NCBI GenBank assembly: GCA_965222075.1 | Contig: OZ244937.1 | Span: 3,936,001 to 4,000,000, forward strand | Origin: Candidatus Latescibacterota bacterium | GTDB lineage: Bacteria; Latescibacterota; UBA2968; GCA-2709665 | DNA length: 64,000 bases | Direction of reading: 5' to 3' | Shown: positions 8,225 to 17,961 of the stretch, piece by piece | Numbering within the stretch: position 1 is the first letter of the stretch | Layout: the number at the start of each line of letters is the position of its first letter | Position numbers and translations under genes: made by a program | The notes under the pieces: generated by a model | Database searches by the model: none | Told to the model about the DNA's origin: nothing | What the model saw: only the letters and a program-made list of their open reading frames with translations

Positions 8225-10039
8225 TCAGAAAATCTTCGCCTCCAGCAGCCGGTGCCCGGAGGAAAAATAGATCTTCTCCCCCACAATCGGACCCGCCGCA
8301 GTGTGCCCCTTGAGTCGCTCACCAAATCGAACGACCTCCTCCACCGCCAGTGACTCCGGATGCAGCCGGTAGATGCAGAGAGGCGTAAGCCCGTAAATCT
8401 TCCCATCCGGTCCGTTCTGCAGCCCGCTGTCCACCGGCCCTCCTTCGGGAGCGGCTGTTCGATCCCCGAACTCGCGGGACCTGGGATCGAACACAAAAAT
8501 CTCGGGCGGATCATCTCCGCCCCGAACCGTTCCGTACAGCCGCCCGTCCGGACCGGTCAAAAGCGCGTTGAACACCAACACCGGACGGTCCAGCGTCCCT
8601 TCCCAGACCTTTTCTTCCCTCTCGTAATCAAACAAGAACAGCACCGCCTGCTCCACCTTCGGCTGCGTCCCGCTACCCCCGGCGATATTCGTCCCCACCG
8701 CGATCAATCCTTCCGCTTCCAGGTGCGCCAGCGTATAGCAGCTCCCGTCCCCGAAGATCCGGTAGTACGCCTTCTTCTCCTCCGTGCCGGGATCGTAATA
8801 AGAAAGCGGTCCTCCCCACATCCCGTAGTCCGGAATCGACGCCAGCCAGACCTTCCCTCCCGGGCCGGTCAGTGTGGACCGGGGCCGGTAGGAAATATCG
8901 TCTACCCGCCCGATATCGCGTGGATTTGAACCGGGCTCCTCGCCAAAATGGTAGGCCTGGGAAGGGTCGTAAATGGAAATCTTGGCACCGGGATACGAAC
9001 AGATATAGAGCTTCCCGTCTAAGTTGCCCATCGAATAGGCTTCGCCCGTAGAAGTGGAACAGATCCCCAGATCGATCAGTTCACCATCGTTCGGATTGTA
9101 GCGAAACAGGCGTTCGGGCAGCACGCTCGAACCGTACACACAACCATCCGGCCCCCTGTGCATACAAAAAATGTCCGTTCCGGCCGCTTCGTAGTCCAGC
9201 TCGAACGTCTGAACCGTTCCGTCCGGTTTGGTCACCTCAAGGATGCGGCAGATGTGCTCTTTGGCATCTGCAAAAGCGAACGTGCTCCCATCGGCAAGCG
9301 TCGGCGTCGTATCGTGCGCAGACACCGTCTCATCCACCGGCACCGCCTCGGTCCCTTCAATAAGAAAATTCCCCTGGCTTGAATCGATATACAGCTTACC
9401 GTCCCCTCCCCGGTGCAAACTCAGCGTCCCTTCGCCCCTGGTCACCACCGGCCCTACCGTCTGTTTTTCACCCGTATTGGGGTCCAGCACCACCACGTGC
9501 GGCCGGGTCTGCACAATCATACAGGCGACCGTATCGTCCGTGTTCACATAACAGTAAGCATACATATCTACGTCGTCCATCCGCCCGTAGCGTGTAAACT
9601 CTCCCGTCTCCGGATCGAAGCTCGTCAGATCCGCCGTCCCGTAACTGCTGATCCAGATTAGCCCCTTCGAGTCCTCGTCAATCCGGCAGGGAAAAACCGC
9701 GCCCCCGGAGTTGATTGTTCCGAAATTCACCAGATCGTCTGCGTCCGGATCAAAACAGTAGAGCTGTCCCGAATCGGCCGCCCCGATGTAGAGCCGCCCG
9801 TTTCGGGCCTGATACACGGCCGTCGTGTAGTTGGACTCCGGCACATCGGCCATAAACTGGCGGCATTCCCCGGTTTGCGGATCGATCTGCAAAACGAAAA
9901 AATTGTCCGCCTGCTGCGACATCGTCGCATACAAACACGGCTCGCCCGCACCGTTGCGCCCCGCATAAAGACTCGCCCGGTTCACCGCCCGCACCGGAAT
10001 CCCCACCTCCCGAATTCGAGCATCCTGTGTCTCTGCCAT
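8225..10039 (-). CDS. beta-propeller repeat protein (NHL/Vgb-like)
   Basis: repeated GPDGxxYG and xxYDPxxGE blade motifs over 604 aa. Confidence 0.7.
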   Translation of the reverse strand: MAETQDARIREVGIPVRAVNRASLYAGRNGAGEPCLYATMSQQADNFFVLQIDPQTGECRQFMADVPESNYTTAVYQARNGRLYIGAADSGQLYCFDPDADDLVNFGTINSGGAVFPCRIDEDSKGLIWISSYGTADLTSFDPETGEFTRYGRMDDVDMYAYCYVNTDDTVACMIVQTRPHVVVLDPNTGEKQTVGPVVTRGEGTLSLHRGGDGKLYIDSSQGNFLIEGTEAVPVDETVSAHDTTPTLADGSTFAFADAKEHICRILEVTKPDGTVQTFELDYEAAGTDIFCMHRGPDGCVYGSSVLPERLFRYNPNDGELIDLGICSTSTGEAYSMGNLDGKLYICSYPGAKISIYDPSQAYHFGEEPGSNPRDIGRVDDISYRPRSTLTGPGGKVWLASIPDYGMWGGPLSYYDPGTEEKKAYYRIFGDGSCYTLAHLEAEGLIAVGTNIAGGSGTQPKVEQAVLFLFDYEREEKVWEGTLDRPVLVFNALLTGPDGRLYGTVRGGDDPPEIFVFDPRSREFGDRTAAPEGGPVDSGLQNGPDGKIYGLTPLCIYRLHPESLAVEEVVRFGERLKGHTAAGPIVGEKIYFSSGHRLLEAKIF

Positions 10040-10107
10040 TGGTTCTCCCTCCTGTTCGGCTTTCTCTCATGCCCCGCTCCGTCCAATGCCAATGAAGGTC
10101 TCCACTT

Positions 10108-10782
10108 TCAGAGAATCCCGTACTTATTATACACCTCCCGCAGGGATTTCCCCTCCAGCAGTTCTTTGCGGGTCTTCGACTCCCCTTCCACCTTCTCACG
10201 CGCCGCCTCCAGCACCTCCTGTTCAACCTGCTTCGGAACAACCACCACGCCATCGTAGTCGGCCACAACCAAGTCGCCCGGCTCCACCCGCACGCCGCCG
10301 CACACCACCGGCCTGTCGCAGGCCTCCACCCGGGCGCGCCCCTTGGAATCTACCGGCCGAATCCCGGTATAGAAAACGGGGAACTCCTGCTCGGTAATCT
10401 TCAGCGTATCCCGGACATTGCTGTCGCACACACAGCCCACTGCCCCGCGCAGCCGCGCCACATGGGTCATCAATTCGCCCCAGGGCGCGCTACTGCCCGC
10501 GTGATCGGTCGAATGCACCACCACATCGCCGGGGCCCAGCGAATCCATAAACTCAATCTCCAGCCCGTACGGATCTTCCTCCACCACATAATGCGTCTCC
10601 ATCCAACACACCGTACGCGCCCTCCCCACAAAACCGCAGTTCTCACGATTCGGCAGCAGCGGCCGCAGCCGGCTGTGCATCGCCTGCTCTGGATAACCCG
10701 CCGCATCCAGCGCATCACAAACCACAGCCGTATACAGGTGTCGCTTAACGTAATCGAACATTTCCTGATCCGTCTCGAACAT
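10108..10782 (-). CDS. RraA / HMG-CHA aldolase family protein
   Basis: TAVVCDALD, APWGELM, NVRD, VEPGDLVVADYDGVVVVP. Confidence 0.85.
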   Translation of the reverse strand: MFETDQEMFDYVKRHLYTAVVCDALDAAGYPEQAMHSRLRPLLPNRENCGFVGRARTVCWMETHYVVEEDPYGLEIEFMDSLGPGDVVVHSTDHAGSSAPWGELMTHVARLRGAVGCVCDSNVRDTLKITEQEFPVFYTGIRPVDSKGRARVEACDRPVVCGGVRVEPGDLVVADYDGVVVVPKQVEQEVLEAAREKVEGESKTRKELLEGKSLREVYNKYGIL

Positions 10783-10827
10783 ACGCCCCAGCCCTTCCTA
10801 TTTGTGCTTATACCTGTTCATCTGTGG

Positions 10828-12465
10828 TTAAATCGGACATGCAATATCCCCCAGCCGCTCCGTCAAAAGCGCGTTCTCCCGGTAATCGATCGGAATCACC
10901 ACCAGGCTCGGCCCCACTTCCTCAAATGCGCCCTTCAGCACGCCGGCCAGATCCCGGCTGTTTTCAACCCGGTGTCCGTTCCATCCGAATGCCTGCGCCA
11001 GCTGTACCCAATCCGGATCCGTGTGGCGCCCGAACTCGTTCGTCTGTTTCCACGCAATCAACCCGTACGAATGGTCCTCCCACACCATCACCACGATATC
11101 CGTATTCAACCGGCGGGCGGTCTCCATCTCCTGCACATTCATCATAAAGCCCGCGTCTCCGCAAATCGCCAGAATCCGCCTGTCGGGGTGGACCAGGTGA
11201 GCGGCGATCGCACCGGGCAGCGCGAACCCCATCGAACAGAACCCGTTCGGAATCAGGCAGGTATTCGGTTCGTGACACTGGTAGTGTCGTGCGATCCACA
11301 TCTTGTGCGCGCCCACATCGGACAGCAGGATATCATCGGGTTCCATCACCTCCCGCACGTCCCACAACGCCTTCTGCGGCCGGATGCTGCCTTCGGTATC
11401 GTCCTCCCTGTGCTCGGCCAGTTCCTCCGCCATCTCGCGCCTCACGGCCGCCTGCTGCGACGTATCGAACCTCAACCCGCTTGCAGCGTCCACTCGTTCG
11501 TTCAGCATCCACAGCGTATGCGCCAGATCGCCCACAACCTCCTTTTCGGGATGGTAGTGCGCGTCGATCTCGGTCGGAAGAAAATCGGCATGGATAATGG
11601 TCTTCCCCCCATCCGCGTTCCACAGGCGGGGATGATACTCCACCATATCGTAGCCCAGCGTAATCACCAGATCGGATGCGTCAATCGCACAGGCCACCAC
11701 ATCCTTGGCCTGGAGGCCGATCGTGTAGAGGCAGTAATCGGCGTCCCTGTCCACGCACCCTTTGGCCATAAACGTACTGATCACCCCGATGCCCGTCTTT
11801 TCGCAAAAGATGCGTAGCTGCTTGCTCGCCCGCTTCCGGATGCACCCGTTCCCCGCAAGAATAACCGGCCGCCTGGCCTGTTTGATCAGTTCAAAGGCCT
11901 GGTCCACGATCTTGTCGTCCGGCACCGGCCGCCGAAAGCGGCGCGGCTCCAGAGGCGCCATCCCGGTATCCAGCTTGGCAATGTCTTCGGGCAGCTCCAC
12001 GTGGCAGGCGCCTGGCTTTTCGGTGCGGGCGAGGCGCACGGCCTTCCGGACAATCTCCGGAATATTGTCCGGATGCAGAACCGTCATCGCCCACTTGGTC
12101 ACAGGGGCGAACATCGCCACCACATCCATCACCTGGTGGGATTCTTTGTGCAGGCGGGTGGACGCGCCCTGGCCGGTGATCACCAGCATCGGCGCCCGGT
12201 CCATATTCGCGTCGGCCACGCCCGTAATCAGGTTCGCCGCACCCGGACCGAGCGTGCCCAAGCATCCGGCCGGGTTCCCGGTCAGCCGCCCGTAAACCTC
12301 TGCCATAAACGCTGCGCCCTGCTCGTGGCGCGTCAGGATGAATTTGATCTGCTCTGACCGCTCCAGCGACATCATAAAGTCGGCATTCTCCTCACCCGGC
12401 ACCCCAAAGATGTACTCGGTGCCCTCGACTTCAAGACATTTGACGAACAGGTCGGAAGCCTTCAT
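10828..12465 (-). CDS. acetolactate synthase large subunit-like TPP enzyme
   Basis: FGVPGEEN, RHEQGAAFMA, TLGPGAAN, DVGAHKMW, GDAGFMMN; start at ATG 12465 after AAGGAGGTG. Confidence 0.9.
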   Translation of the reverse strand: MKASDLFVKCLEVEGTEYIFGVPGEENADFMMSLERSEQIKFILTRHEQGAAFMAEVYGRLTGNPAGCLGTLGPGAANLITGVADANMDRAPMLVITGQGASTRLHKESHQVMDVVAMFAPVTKWAMTVLHPDNIPEIVRKAVRLARTEKPGACHVELPEDIAKLDTGMAPLEPRRFRRPVPDDKIVDQAFELIKQARRPVILAGNGCIRKRASKQLRIFCEKTGIGVISTFMAKGCVDRDADYCLYTIGLQAKDVVACAIDASDLVITLGYDMVEYHPRLWNADGGKTIIHADFLPTEIDAHYHPEKEVVGDLAHTLWMLNERVDAASGLRFDTSQQAAVRREMAEELAEHREDDTEGSIRPQKALWDVREVMEPDDILLSDVGAHKMWIARHYQCHEPNTCLIPNGFCSMGFALPGAIAAHLVHPDRRILAICGDAGFMMNVQEMETARRLNTDIVVMVWEDHSYGLIAWKQTNEFGRHTDPDWVQLAQAFGWNGHRVENSRDLAGVLKGAFEEVGPSLVVIPIDYRENALLTERLGDIACPI

Positions 12466-12478
12466 ACGGCACACCTCC

Positions 12479-12883
12479 TTACGCGTCCTTCTCATCGTCT
12501 AATTTCAGCGCAGCCGAATTCATACAGTACCGAAGCCCCGTCGGCTGCGGTCCGTCGTCAAACACATGTCCAAGGTGCGCATCGCACCGGGCGCACCTGA
12601 CTTCGGTCCTGACCATACCGTAACTCGCATCGGTGGCCGTCTCAACACTTTCCTCCGAAATCGGCTCCCAGAAACTCGGCCACCCGGTGCCCGAATCGTA
12701 CTTTGTATCTGAACCGAACAATTCATTTCCGCAGCACACGCACAGATAAATTCCTTCCTCCTTGGAGTTGTAGTACCGACCCGTGAACGCCCGTTCGGTT
12801 CCGCCCCTCCGCGTCACCTCATACTGCTCCGGCGTCAACTGTTCACGCCACGCTTCATCGGTCTTTTTGATCTTTTCAGCCAT
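12479..12883 (-). CDS. msrB: peptide-methionine (R)-S-oxide reductase
   Basis: GTERAFTG, two CxxC motifs, [21 protein letters not shown]. Confidence 0.95.
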   Translation of the reverse strand: MAEKIKKTDEAWREQLTPEQYEVTRRGGTERAFTGRYYNSKEEGIYLCVCCGNELFGSDTKYDSGTGWPSFWEPISEESVETATDASYGMVRTEVRCARCDAHLGHVFDDGPQPTGLRYCMNSAALKLDDEKDA

Positions 12884-12924
12884 GGCTGTCCCTTTTGGTT
12901 TAGAACCTGACCGTCTGGCTCTTC

Positions 12925-13587
12925 CTATTGACCCTCCTGCAATTTCTTGACGTCCACAGACTCAACCAGCAGATAGTGCCCGGGCAGCGCCTTGGCCTTT
13001 ACCACCACATCCTTAAAATGGTAGCCCTTGCCCAGAAAGACATCTCTGGCGTTTCCGAACTGGAGATAATGGTAGATCTTGCCGTCGGATGCCTCAAGGT
13101 GATGCAGGTGCCCCAGCTTGCAGCTGTGCGGCAGGGAGGCCACGTTTAAACCGCATTGGCACTTATTCTTGCCGGTCAGGCTGACGGGCTGCCCCTGCTC
13201 CTTCTGATACCCTTCCAGATCGACATCGGGCGCTTCTTTCAACCGCTCTAACTTATCGATATGCAGCAGCGACCCGGAAACCAGCAGTCTGCCCGTCAAT
13301 TTGACCCCACTGCCTGGAACAATCCCTTTCAGGTGGGCCGCATTCTCCGGCGTCTCTAAGAAAGCGTACACCCCTGATAAAGTAACCAGTGCGCGCCCGG
13401 ATGTCTCGTCTTTTGGGTCGCGAAAATCCTCGGAAGCGGTCTTCTGCGCAGCCTCAAAAAAGGCGTGAATATCAACCACAATACCTTCTTCCTCAAAGGA
13501 CGTCACGCCCTCTTCCGACTTCGACATCGACAGGCCGGTCAGACAGACCAGAACCAGAACACTCATGCCATATGTGCGAATACCCAT
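12925..13587 (-). CDS. hypothetical exported protein with Cys/His cluster
   Basis: AGGAGG RBS, hydrophobic N-terminus, KCQCG...[10 protein letters not shown]. Confidence 0.6.
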   Translation of the reverse strand: MGIRTYGMSVLVLVCLTGLSMSKSEEGVTSFEEEGIVVDIHAFFEAAQKTASEDFRDPKDETSGRALVTLSGVYAFLETPENAAHLKGIVPGSGVKLTGRLLVSGSLLHIDKLERLKEAPDVDLEGYQKEQGQPVSLTGKNKCQCGLNVASLPHSCKLGHLHHLEASDGKIYHYLQFGNARDVFLGKGYHFKDVVVKAKALPGHYLLVESVDVKKLQEGQ

Positions 13588-13663
13588 CTTATATCCTCCT
13601 TGAATTCGTGTGGACTGCCATCTACCCTCCGTGTAACTCCATTGGGACACACAGAACCTCTTT

Positions 13664-14977
13664 TCATATAATCCCCTTGGCTTTGAACGCCTCCAGCGTC
13701 CGTTTTACGATCTCCTCCATCCCCGGGGCCAGTCGGGAAGGGGAGCCGTACTCCGGATAGGCCGTCACCTCGTATCCCCCTTCCGGAAGCTGGCGGGTAA
13801 CGGGCAGGTACATTGCCTCGCCGTTGGCATACCCCAGCGGGAACGTTACCCCCCCGTCGTAGAAATCCAGAATATTCAGCCCGTGTTCGGCAACCGGTTC
13901 GCCTTCGATCGCCACCATGCGCTGCCCCTCGCCCAGTTGAATCCCCTGCATAATCACCGGCGCGGCCGTGCGCAGTGTCTGGCCCCGCTTGAGCAACTCC
14001 AGTTGCCGGGCGCCCCACAACTCGTAGACCCCCTGCTCGGAAGGCGGCGCACCCGGCGTCAGACGTTCGGCCAGCGCCTCGAATTCGCGCCGGTCGGCCG
14101 GCTCCAGCGGCCAGTGCGTCTCTACCAGCGCCGTACAAAGCCGCGGCTCGAACGTCCGGAGTCCATTCTCAAGCAACCGGATCACCTCATCCCCCAGCAT
14201 CGCGCCCACCTTTGCCACCACGTCCCAGTCGTTGCTCAACCAGGCATCGCGGCCCTCGCCGGCCACGCTGGTCTTTCCGTCTCCACCGCACCCCTGCAGA
14301 AACATGCTGCACTCCGCCTTTAGGTACGCATCCACCCGGTCGGTCGCCACGCCCGGATACTCGGCCGAAATCGCAGTACCGCTCACGATTGAAGGATGGG
14401 CCGAAATCGAAAACAGACACGCAACCGGCTGGTCGTCTTCACCTTTCAGCAGACAGACGGGCAGCGCGTCGCATACGATCCCGTCCGGGTTAGGCCGGTT
14501 CTCAATCTTTCCGTTCTCCACCCGCCGCCGCCGGTTCATCGGCACCTTCGAGCGCCCCATACCGGCCCACAGGCTCACCTTGCGGGCGTCCTCCACCGCC
14601 GACGTCACCGCCTGCACCACCGCTGCCTCCAGCTCTCTCAGATAGAGATGTTGCGGCGGCAGATAATCTCCGTACGCCCAGTACCCCGACGCAGGCCCCA
14701 CATGGCTGTGAGACGCGGCGAGCATCACCTGCCGGGGTGTCAGGTCCAGCAGCCGGCCGATAACCCCCTTGTACCGGTCGGAATCCTCCCGGCCGATAAA
14801 GCACATATCGAAAGTCATAATCACGGCCTGCTCGCCACCGTGCGACAGATACAGCGCCCGCACGAAAATATCGTCCCGCACCGACTCACACCCCACCCCG
14901 CGGTCCCGGCTCCCGAACCCCATCATCCGCGTCCCCGGAGGCGGCGTCATGCAAACCTTTGAAAACCCGGCATCCAT
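13664..14977 (-). CDS. neutral/alkaline ceramidase-like family hydrolase
   Basis: DAGFSKVCMTPP, ASHSHVGP, AHPS, SAEYPG, FLQGCGGD, GYANG, EGGYE. Confidence 0.75.
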   Translation of the reverse strand: MDAGFSKVCMTPPPGTRMMGFGSRDRGVGCESVRDDIFVRALYLSHGGEQAVIMTFDMCFIGREDSDRYKGVIGRLLDLTPRQVMLAASHSHVGPASGYWAYGDYLPPQHLYLRELEAAVVQAVTSAVEDARKVSLWAGMGRSKVPMNRRRRVENGKIENRPNPDGIVCDALPVCLLKGEDDQPVACLFSISAHPSIVSGTAISAEYPGVATDRVDAYLKAECSMFLQGCGGDGKTSVAGEGRDAWLSNDWDVVAKVGAMLGDEVIRLLENGLRTFEPRLCTALVETHWPLEPADRREFEALAERLTPGAPPSEQGVYELWGARQLELLKRGQTLRTAAPVIMQGIQLGEGQRMVAIEGEPVAEHGLNILDFYDGGVTFPLGYANGEAMYLPVTRQLPEGGYEVTAYPEYGSPSRLAPGMEEIVKRTLEAFKAKGII

Positions 14978-15000
14978 AGTGGCGCGTCCTTTGTGATAGA

Positions 15001-15064
15001 AGCCTCAGCGCACCTCCAGCAATTCCACCTCAAAAATCAGCCTCAGCGCACCTCCAGCAATTCC
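15001..15064 (-). pseudogene. FKBP-type PPIase C-terminal relic within a 26-bp direct repeat
   Basis: AGCCTCAGCGCACCTCCAGCAATTCC at 15001 and 15039; the minus strand of 15040-15005 reads LIFEVELLEVR*. Confidence 0.55.
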
Positions 15065-15089
15065 CCTTTTGTGTGACTACGTGTCCTCT

Positions 15090-16457
15090 TCACCTGATAC
15101 GGTTAAGCCCATTCAAAGCGGCAACCCGATAAGCCTCCGCCATCGTTGGATAATTGAACGTCGTATTGATAAAATACATCAATGAGTTGGCCTTGCCTTT
15201 TTGCGCCATAATCGCCTGGCCGATGTGAATAATCTCCGATGCTTCAGAACCGAAGCAGTGGATGCCGAGGAGTTCCAGCGTTCTACGGTGGAAAAGGAGC
15301 TTCAGCATCCCGGTCGTGCGCCCGGTAATCTGCGCCCGCGCCAGGTGCCGGAAGAACGCATGGCCGACTTCATAGGGCACCTTCTTCGTCGTAAGCTCCT
15401 GTTCCGTAAGCCCGACCGAGCTGATCTCGGGTATGGTATAAATACCGGTCGGGATATTTTCAACAAGGCGGTACTCGCATTTCCCAAAAACCAAGTGCGT
15501 GGCTGCAAACCGCCCCTGATCGTATGCGGCGCTGGCCAGGTTGGGGTACCCCACAACATCGCCCACCGCATAGATATGGCTCCGGGCCGTCTGATAGTCA
15601 CCGTTGATAACAATAGACCCCCGCTCGTCGGTCTTGATGCCGATGGTCTCCAGCCCCATGCGATCCGAATTCCCCGTCCTGCCCTGCGCCCACAGGAGGG
15701 TATCGGTGTGAATCTGTTTGTTGGACTTCAGGTAAAGCCGGACCCCGCGATCGTCCGCCTCGACCCTCTTGTACTCTTCGTCGTGTCGGATTATCACTCC
15801 ATGCTCGCGCAAGTGGTAACTTAAGGCATCGATGATCTCATCGTCTAAAAAGGTCAACAGCCGATCCCGGCTGTTGATCAGGTTGACCTTGATACGCAGC
15901 CCCCGGAAAATAGAAGCGTACTCGCAGCCCACCACCCCGGCCCCGTAGATCGTAATCGACCGCGGGTTTTCTGTGAGGCTCAAACCCGAATCGCTGTCCA
16001 CAATGCGCGGATGCGAAAAATCCACATCCGGGGGGTGGTACGGCCTGGAACCGGTTGCAATAATAAACCCGGAGGCGCTATATTGCTCTTTCGTACCCCC
16101 GGCCAGCTCGACTTCAACCGTATGCTCATCCAAAAAAACTGCGCGGCCGTGGATAACATCCACCAGATTGCGTTCGTAAAACCCCTGGCGCAAATCCACC
16201 TGTTTCCGGATAACGGACTCGGCCGATTGCAGCAGATCCTGATATTTGGCATCTCGATACCTGCCGGTATCCGCAAGCTGCTGGATGGCGTGTCTCAGGG
16301 CCTTGCTGGGAATCGTCCCCCGGTGCGTACAGTTACCGCCAACAGTGGGAAGATCGTCGATCACCGCAACCTGTCTCCCTTCCTTGGCCGCCTTCATCGC
16401 CGCTCCTTCCCCGCCAGGCCCACTCCCGATCACCATCACATCGTAATCGTGCTCCAT
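15090..16457 (-). CDS. sthA: soluble pyridine nucleotide transhydrogenase
   Basis: [44 protein letters not shown]. Confidence 0.95.
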   Translation of the reverse strand: MEHDYDVMVIGSGPGGEGAAMKAAKEGRQVAVIDDLPTVGGNCTHRGTIPSKALRHAIQQLADTGRYRDAKYQDLLQSAESVIRKQVDLRQGFYERNLVDVIHGRAVFLDEHTVEVELAGGTKEQYSASGFIIATGSRPYHPPDVDFSHPRIVDSDSGLSLTENPRSITIYGAGVVGCEYASIFRGLRIKVNLINSRDRLLTFLDDEIIDALSYHLREHGVIIRHDEEYKRVEADDRGVRLYLKSNKQIHTDTLLWAQGRTGNSDRMGLETIGIKTDERGSIVINGDYQTARSHIYAVGDVVGYPNLASAAYDQGRFAATHLVFGKCEYRLVENIPTGIYTIPEISSVGLTEQELTTKKVPYEVGHAFFRHLARAQITGRTTGMLKLLFHRRTLELLGIHCFGSEASEIIHIGQAIMAQKGKANSLMYFINTTFNYPTMAEAYRVAALNGLNRIR

Positions 16458-16519
16458 AAGATTGATGATACCCTCGTCAACGTCCGTGTCTTTCCGCCTG
16501 CGCCTTCTGTTTGAGGATC

Positions 16520-16548
16520 AAAATATCTCTTGAAGACGCACCTGTCAA
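16520..16548 (-). promoter_or_regulatory. sigma70-type promoter for sthA
   Basis: TTGACA-17 bp-TATTTT. Confidence 0.6.
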
Positions 16549-16588
16549 ATTCTTTGTGGTAGCCTACTACGTAAAACCGAGTCAGCAC

Positions 16589-16627
16589 AAAAAAAACAGG
16601 TGCCGACCCTACCTTCAGATCGGCACC
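16589..16627 (-). terminator. intrinsic terminator after the cold-shock gene
   Basis: GGTGCCGATCT/AGGGTCGGCACC hairpin followed by a T8 tract. Confidence 0.75.
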
Positions 16628-16663
16628 CATAACAAGCCGAGAAAGTCTTCACAAAGAGAAAGA

Positions 16664-16876
16664 CTATACCTGTGCCTGCTGCTTGACGACATTGGCCGCC
16701 TGCAGCCCCTTGGGACCCTGCACGATGTCAAACTCGACATCTTCCCCTTCGGACAACGACTTAAATCCATCGCCCTGGATCGCGGAAAAGTGCACAAACA
16801 CATCTTCGCCGCCATCCTGCTCGATAAAGCCGTAGCCTTTCGCGTCGTTAAACCACTTCACTCTACCTACCGCCAA
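16664..16876 (-). CDS. cspA: cold-shock protein (CspA family)
   Basis: [34 protein letters not shown]. Confidence 0.95.
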   Translation of the reverse strand: MAVGRVKWFNDAKGYGFIEQDGGEDVFVHFSAIQGDGFKSLSEGEDVEFDIVQGPKGLQAANVVKQQAQV

Positions 16877-17014
16877 CTGAATTCACCACCTTTCTGCCTT
16901 AAAATGGAGCGTTTAATAAAAATGGCAAGAACCGGAACCTCTGATCCTTGCCACATCGCCATTTTCGAGTTCGACTGCAAAGGAAACAGAAACCATATCC
17001 CTCTATTCACAGAA

Positions 17015-17043
17015 AAGATACTTTATTCTTTTTCAAAAGTCAA
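17015..17043 (-). promoter_or_regulatory. sigma70-type promoter for the cold-shock gene (~130 nt leader)
   Basis: TTGACT-17 bp-TATCTT. Confidence 0.6.
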
Positions 17044-17329
17044 TCATTTTTATGGTTCATGGAAGATTTCGGCGGGAAATCAATTGCGGTACTGCCATAA
17101 AGGGTGGCGCTGTCTCCGTTCGCAGACGTTCCAATATAGATTGAAAAGTCCACAAGATCAAAATCTTTCTCAATCTGGGCAGGACGCGCATGAGATCCTT
17201 AACTGTGACGCCTGTCCAAATTTTAGTAATTTTAATATAATTATCATTTATAGTTTGACACCATAACTATCAAATAAACATCAATATATGACTCCCGCTC
17301 CTCAACCGGAGTTTCCGGACAGAATCGAC

Positions 17330-17358
17330 TTGCCAGTTTGAGCTAAATGCCTTATATT
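17330..17358 (+). promoter_or_regulatory. sigma70-type promoter for the CBS-korAB operon
   Basis: TTGCCA-17 bp-TATATT. Confidence 0.55.
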
Positions 17359-17419
17359 TATTACCAATAGGGGAATATTCTAAGAATCGATAACCTACCT
17401 TGGTTGCAGAAAATTCACA

Positions 17420-17887
17420 ATGAGCCTCGAACAGGATCTCCAGGCCGAAATCGTCGGTCACCTGGATCTGTCCCTCTACCTCACCGTGGAGGACGGAACG
17501 CAGGTCAAAGATGTCTTGCAGCGCATGCGGGAACAGAGGCGCAACTGCGTGCTGGTCACAAATGGCGGACGCCTGGCCGGCATCTTCACCGAGCGCGACG
17601 TGCTGAGGAAGGTTGTCAATCACCCGGAGACCTGGGACGGTCCCGTGGTTATGGTGATGACCGCCATGCCCCATACCGTCCGGTCCGATGACCTGGTCGC
17701 CCAGGCAATCGACCTGATGAACTCGGGCCACTTCCGGAATATGCCGGTGGTGGACAGCGAAGGAAAGGTCACTGGTAACCTGACTCAGTACGCCATCATC
17801 CAATTTCTCTGCGACCACTTTCCGCAGGAAGTCTACAACCTGCCGCCCGATCCGGACCAGACGGCCAACGCCCGCGATGGGGCTTGA
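17420..17887 (+). CDS. CBS-domain (Bateman) protein
   Basis: LAGIFTERDVL and FRNMPVVD CBS pair. Confidence 0.85.
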   Translation: MSLEQDLQAEIVGHLDLSLYLTVEDGTQVKDVLQRMREQRRNCVLVTNGGRLAGIFTERDVLRKVVNHPETWDGPVVMVMTAMPHTVRSDDLVAQAIDLMNSGHFRNMPVVDSEGKVTGNLTQYAIIQFLCDHFPQEVYNLPPDPDQTANARDGA

Positions 17888-17961
17888 AGCGCAGGCAACC
17901 AGAAGCTGCGTCGGGCAAACATTTGAACAATTATGACCTCAAGACAGGAGGTTACGTAACA

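Noticed and set aside
10815-10829. CTGTTCATCTGTGGTT shared with ~27014-27029 and loosely with ~60820
   Set aside because: Probably degenerate copies of a short intergenic repeat, too short to define boundaries or function
15001-15064. Mini CRISPR array
   Set aside because: Only two repeats with a 12-bp gap and no cas genes; the sequence translates as an FKBP C-terminus
17402-17419. Rex-like operator ending TTCACAA before the CBS-kor operon
   Set aside because: Only one half-site matches TTGTGAA-N4-TTCACAA
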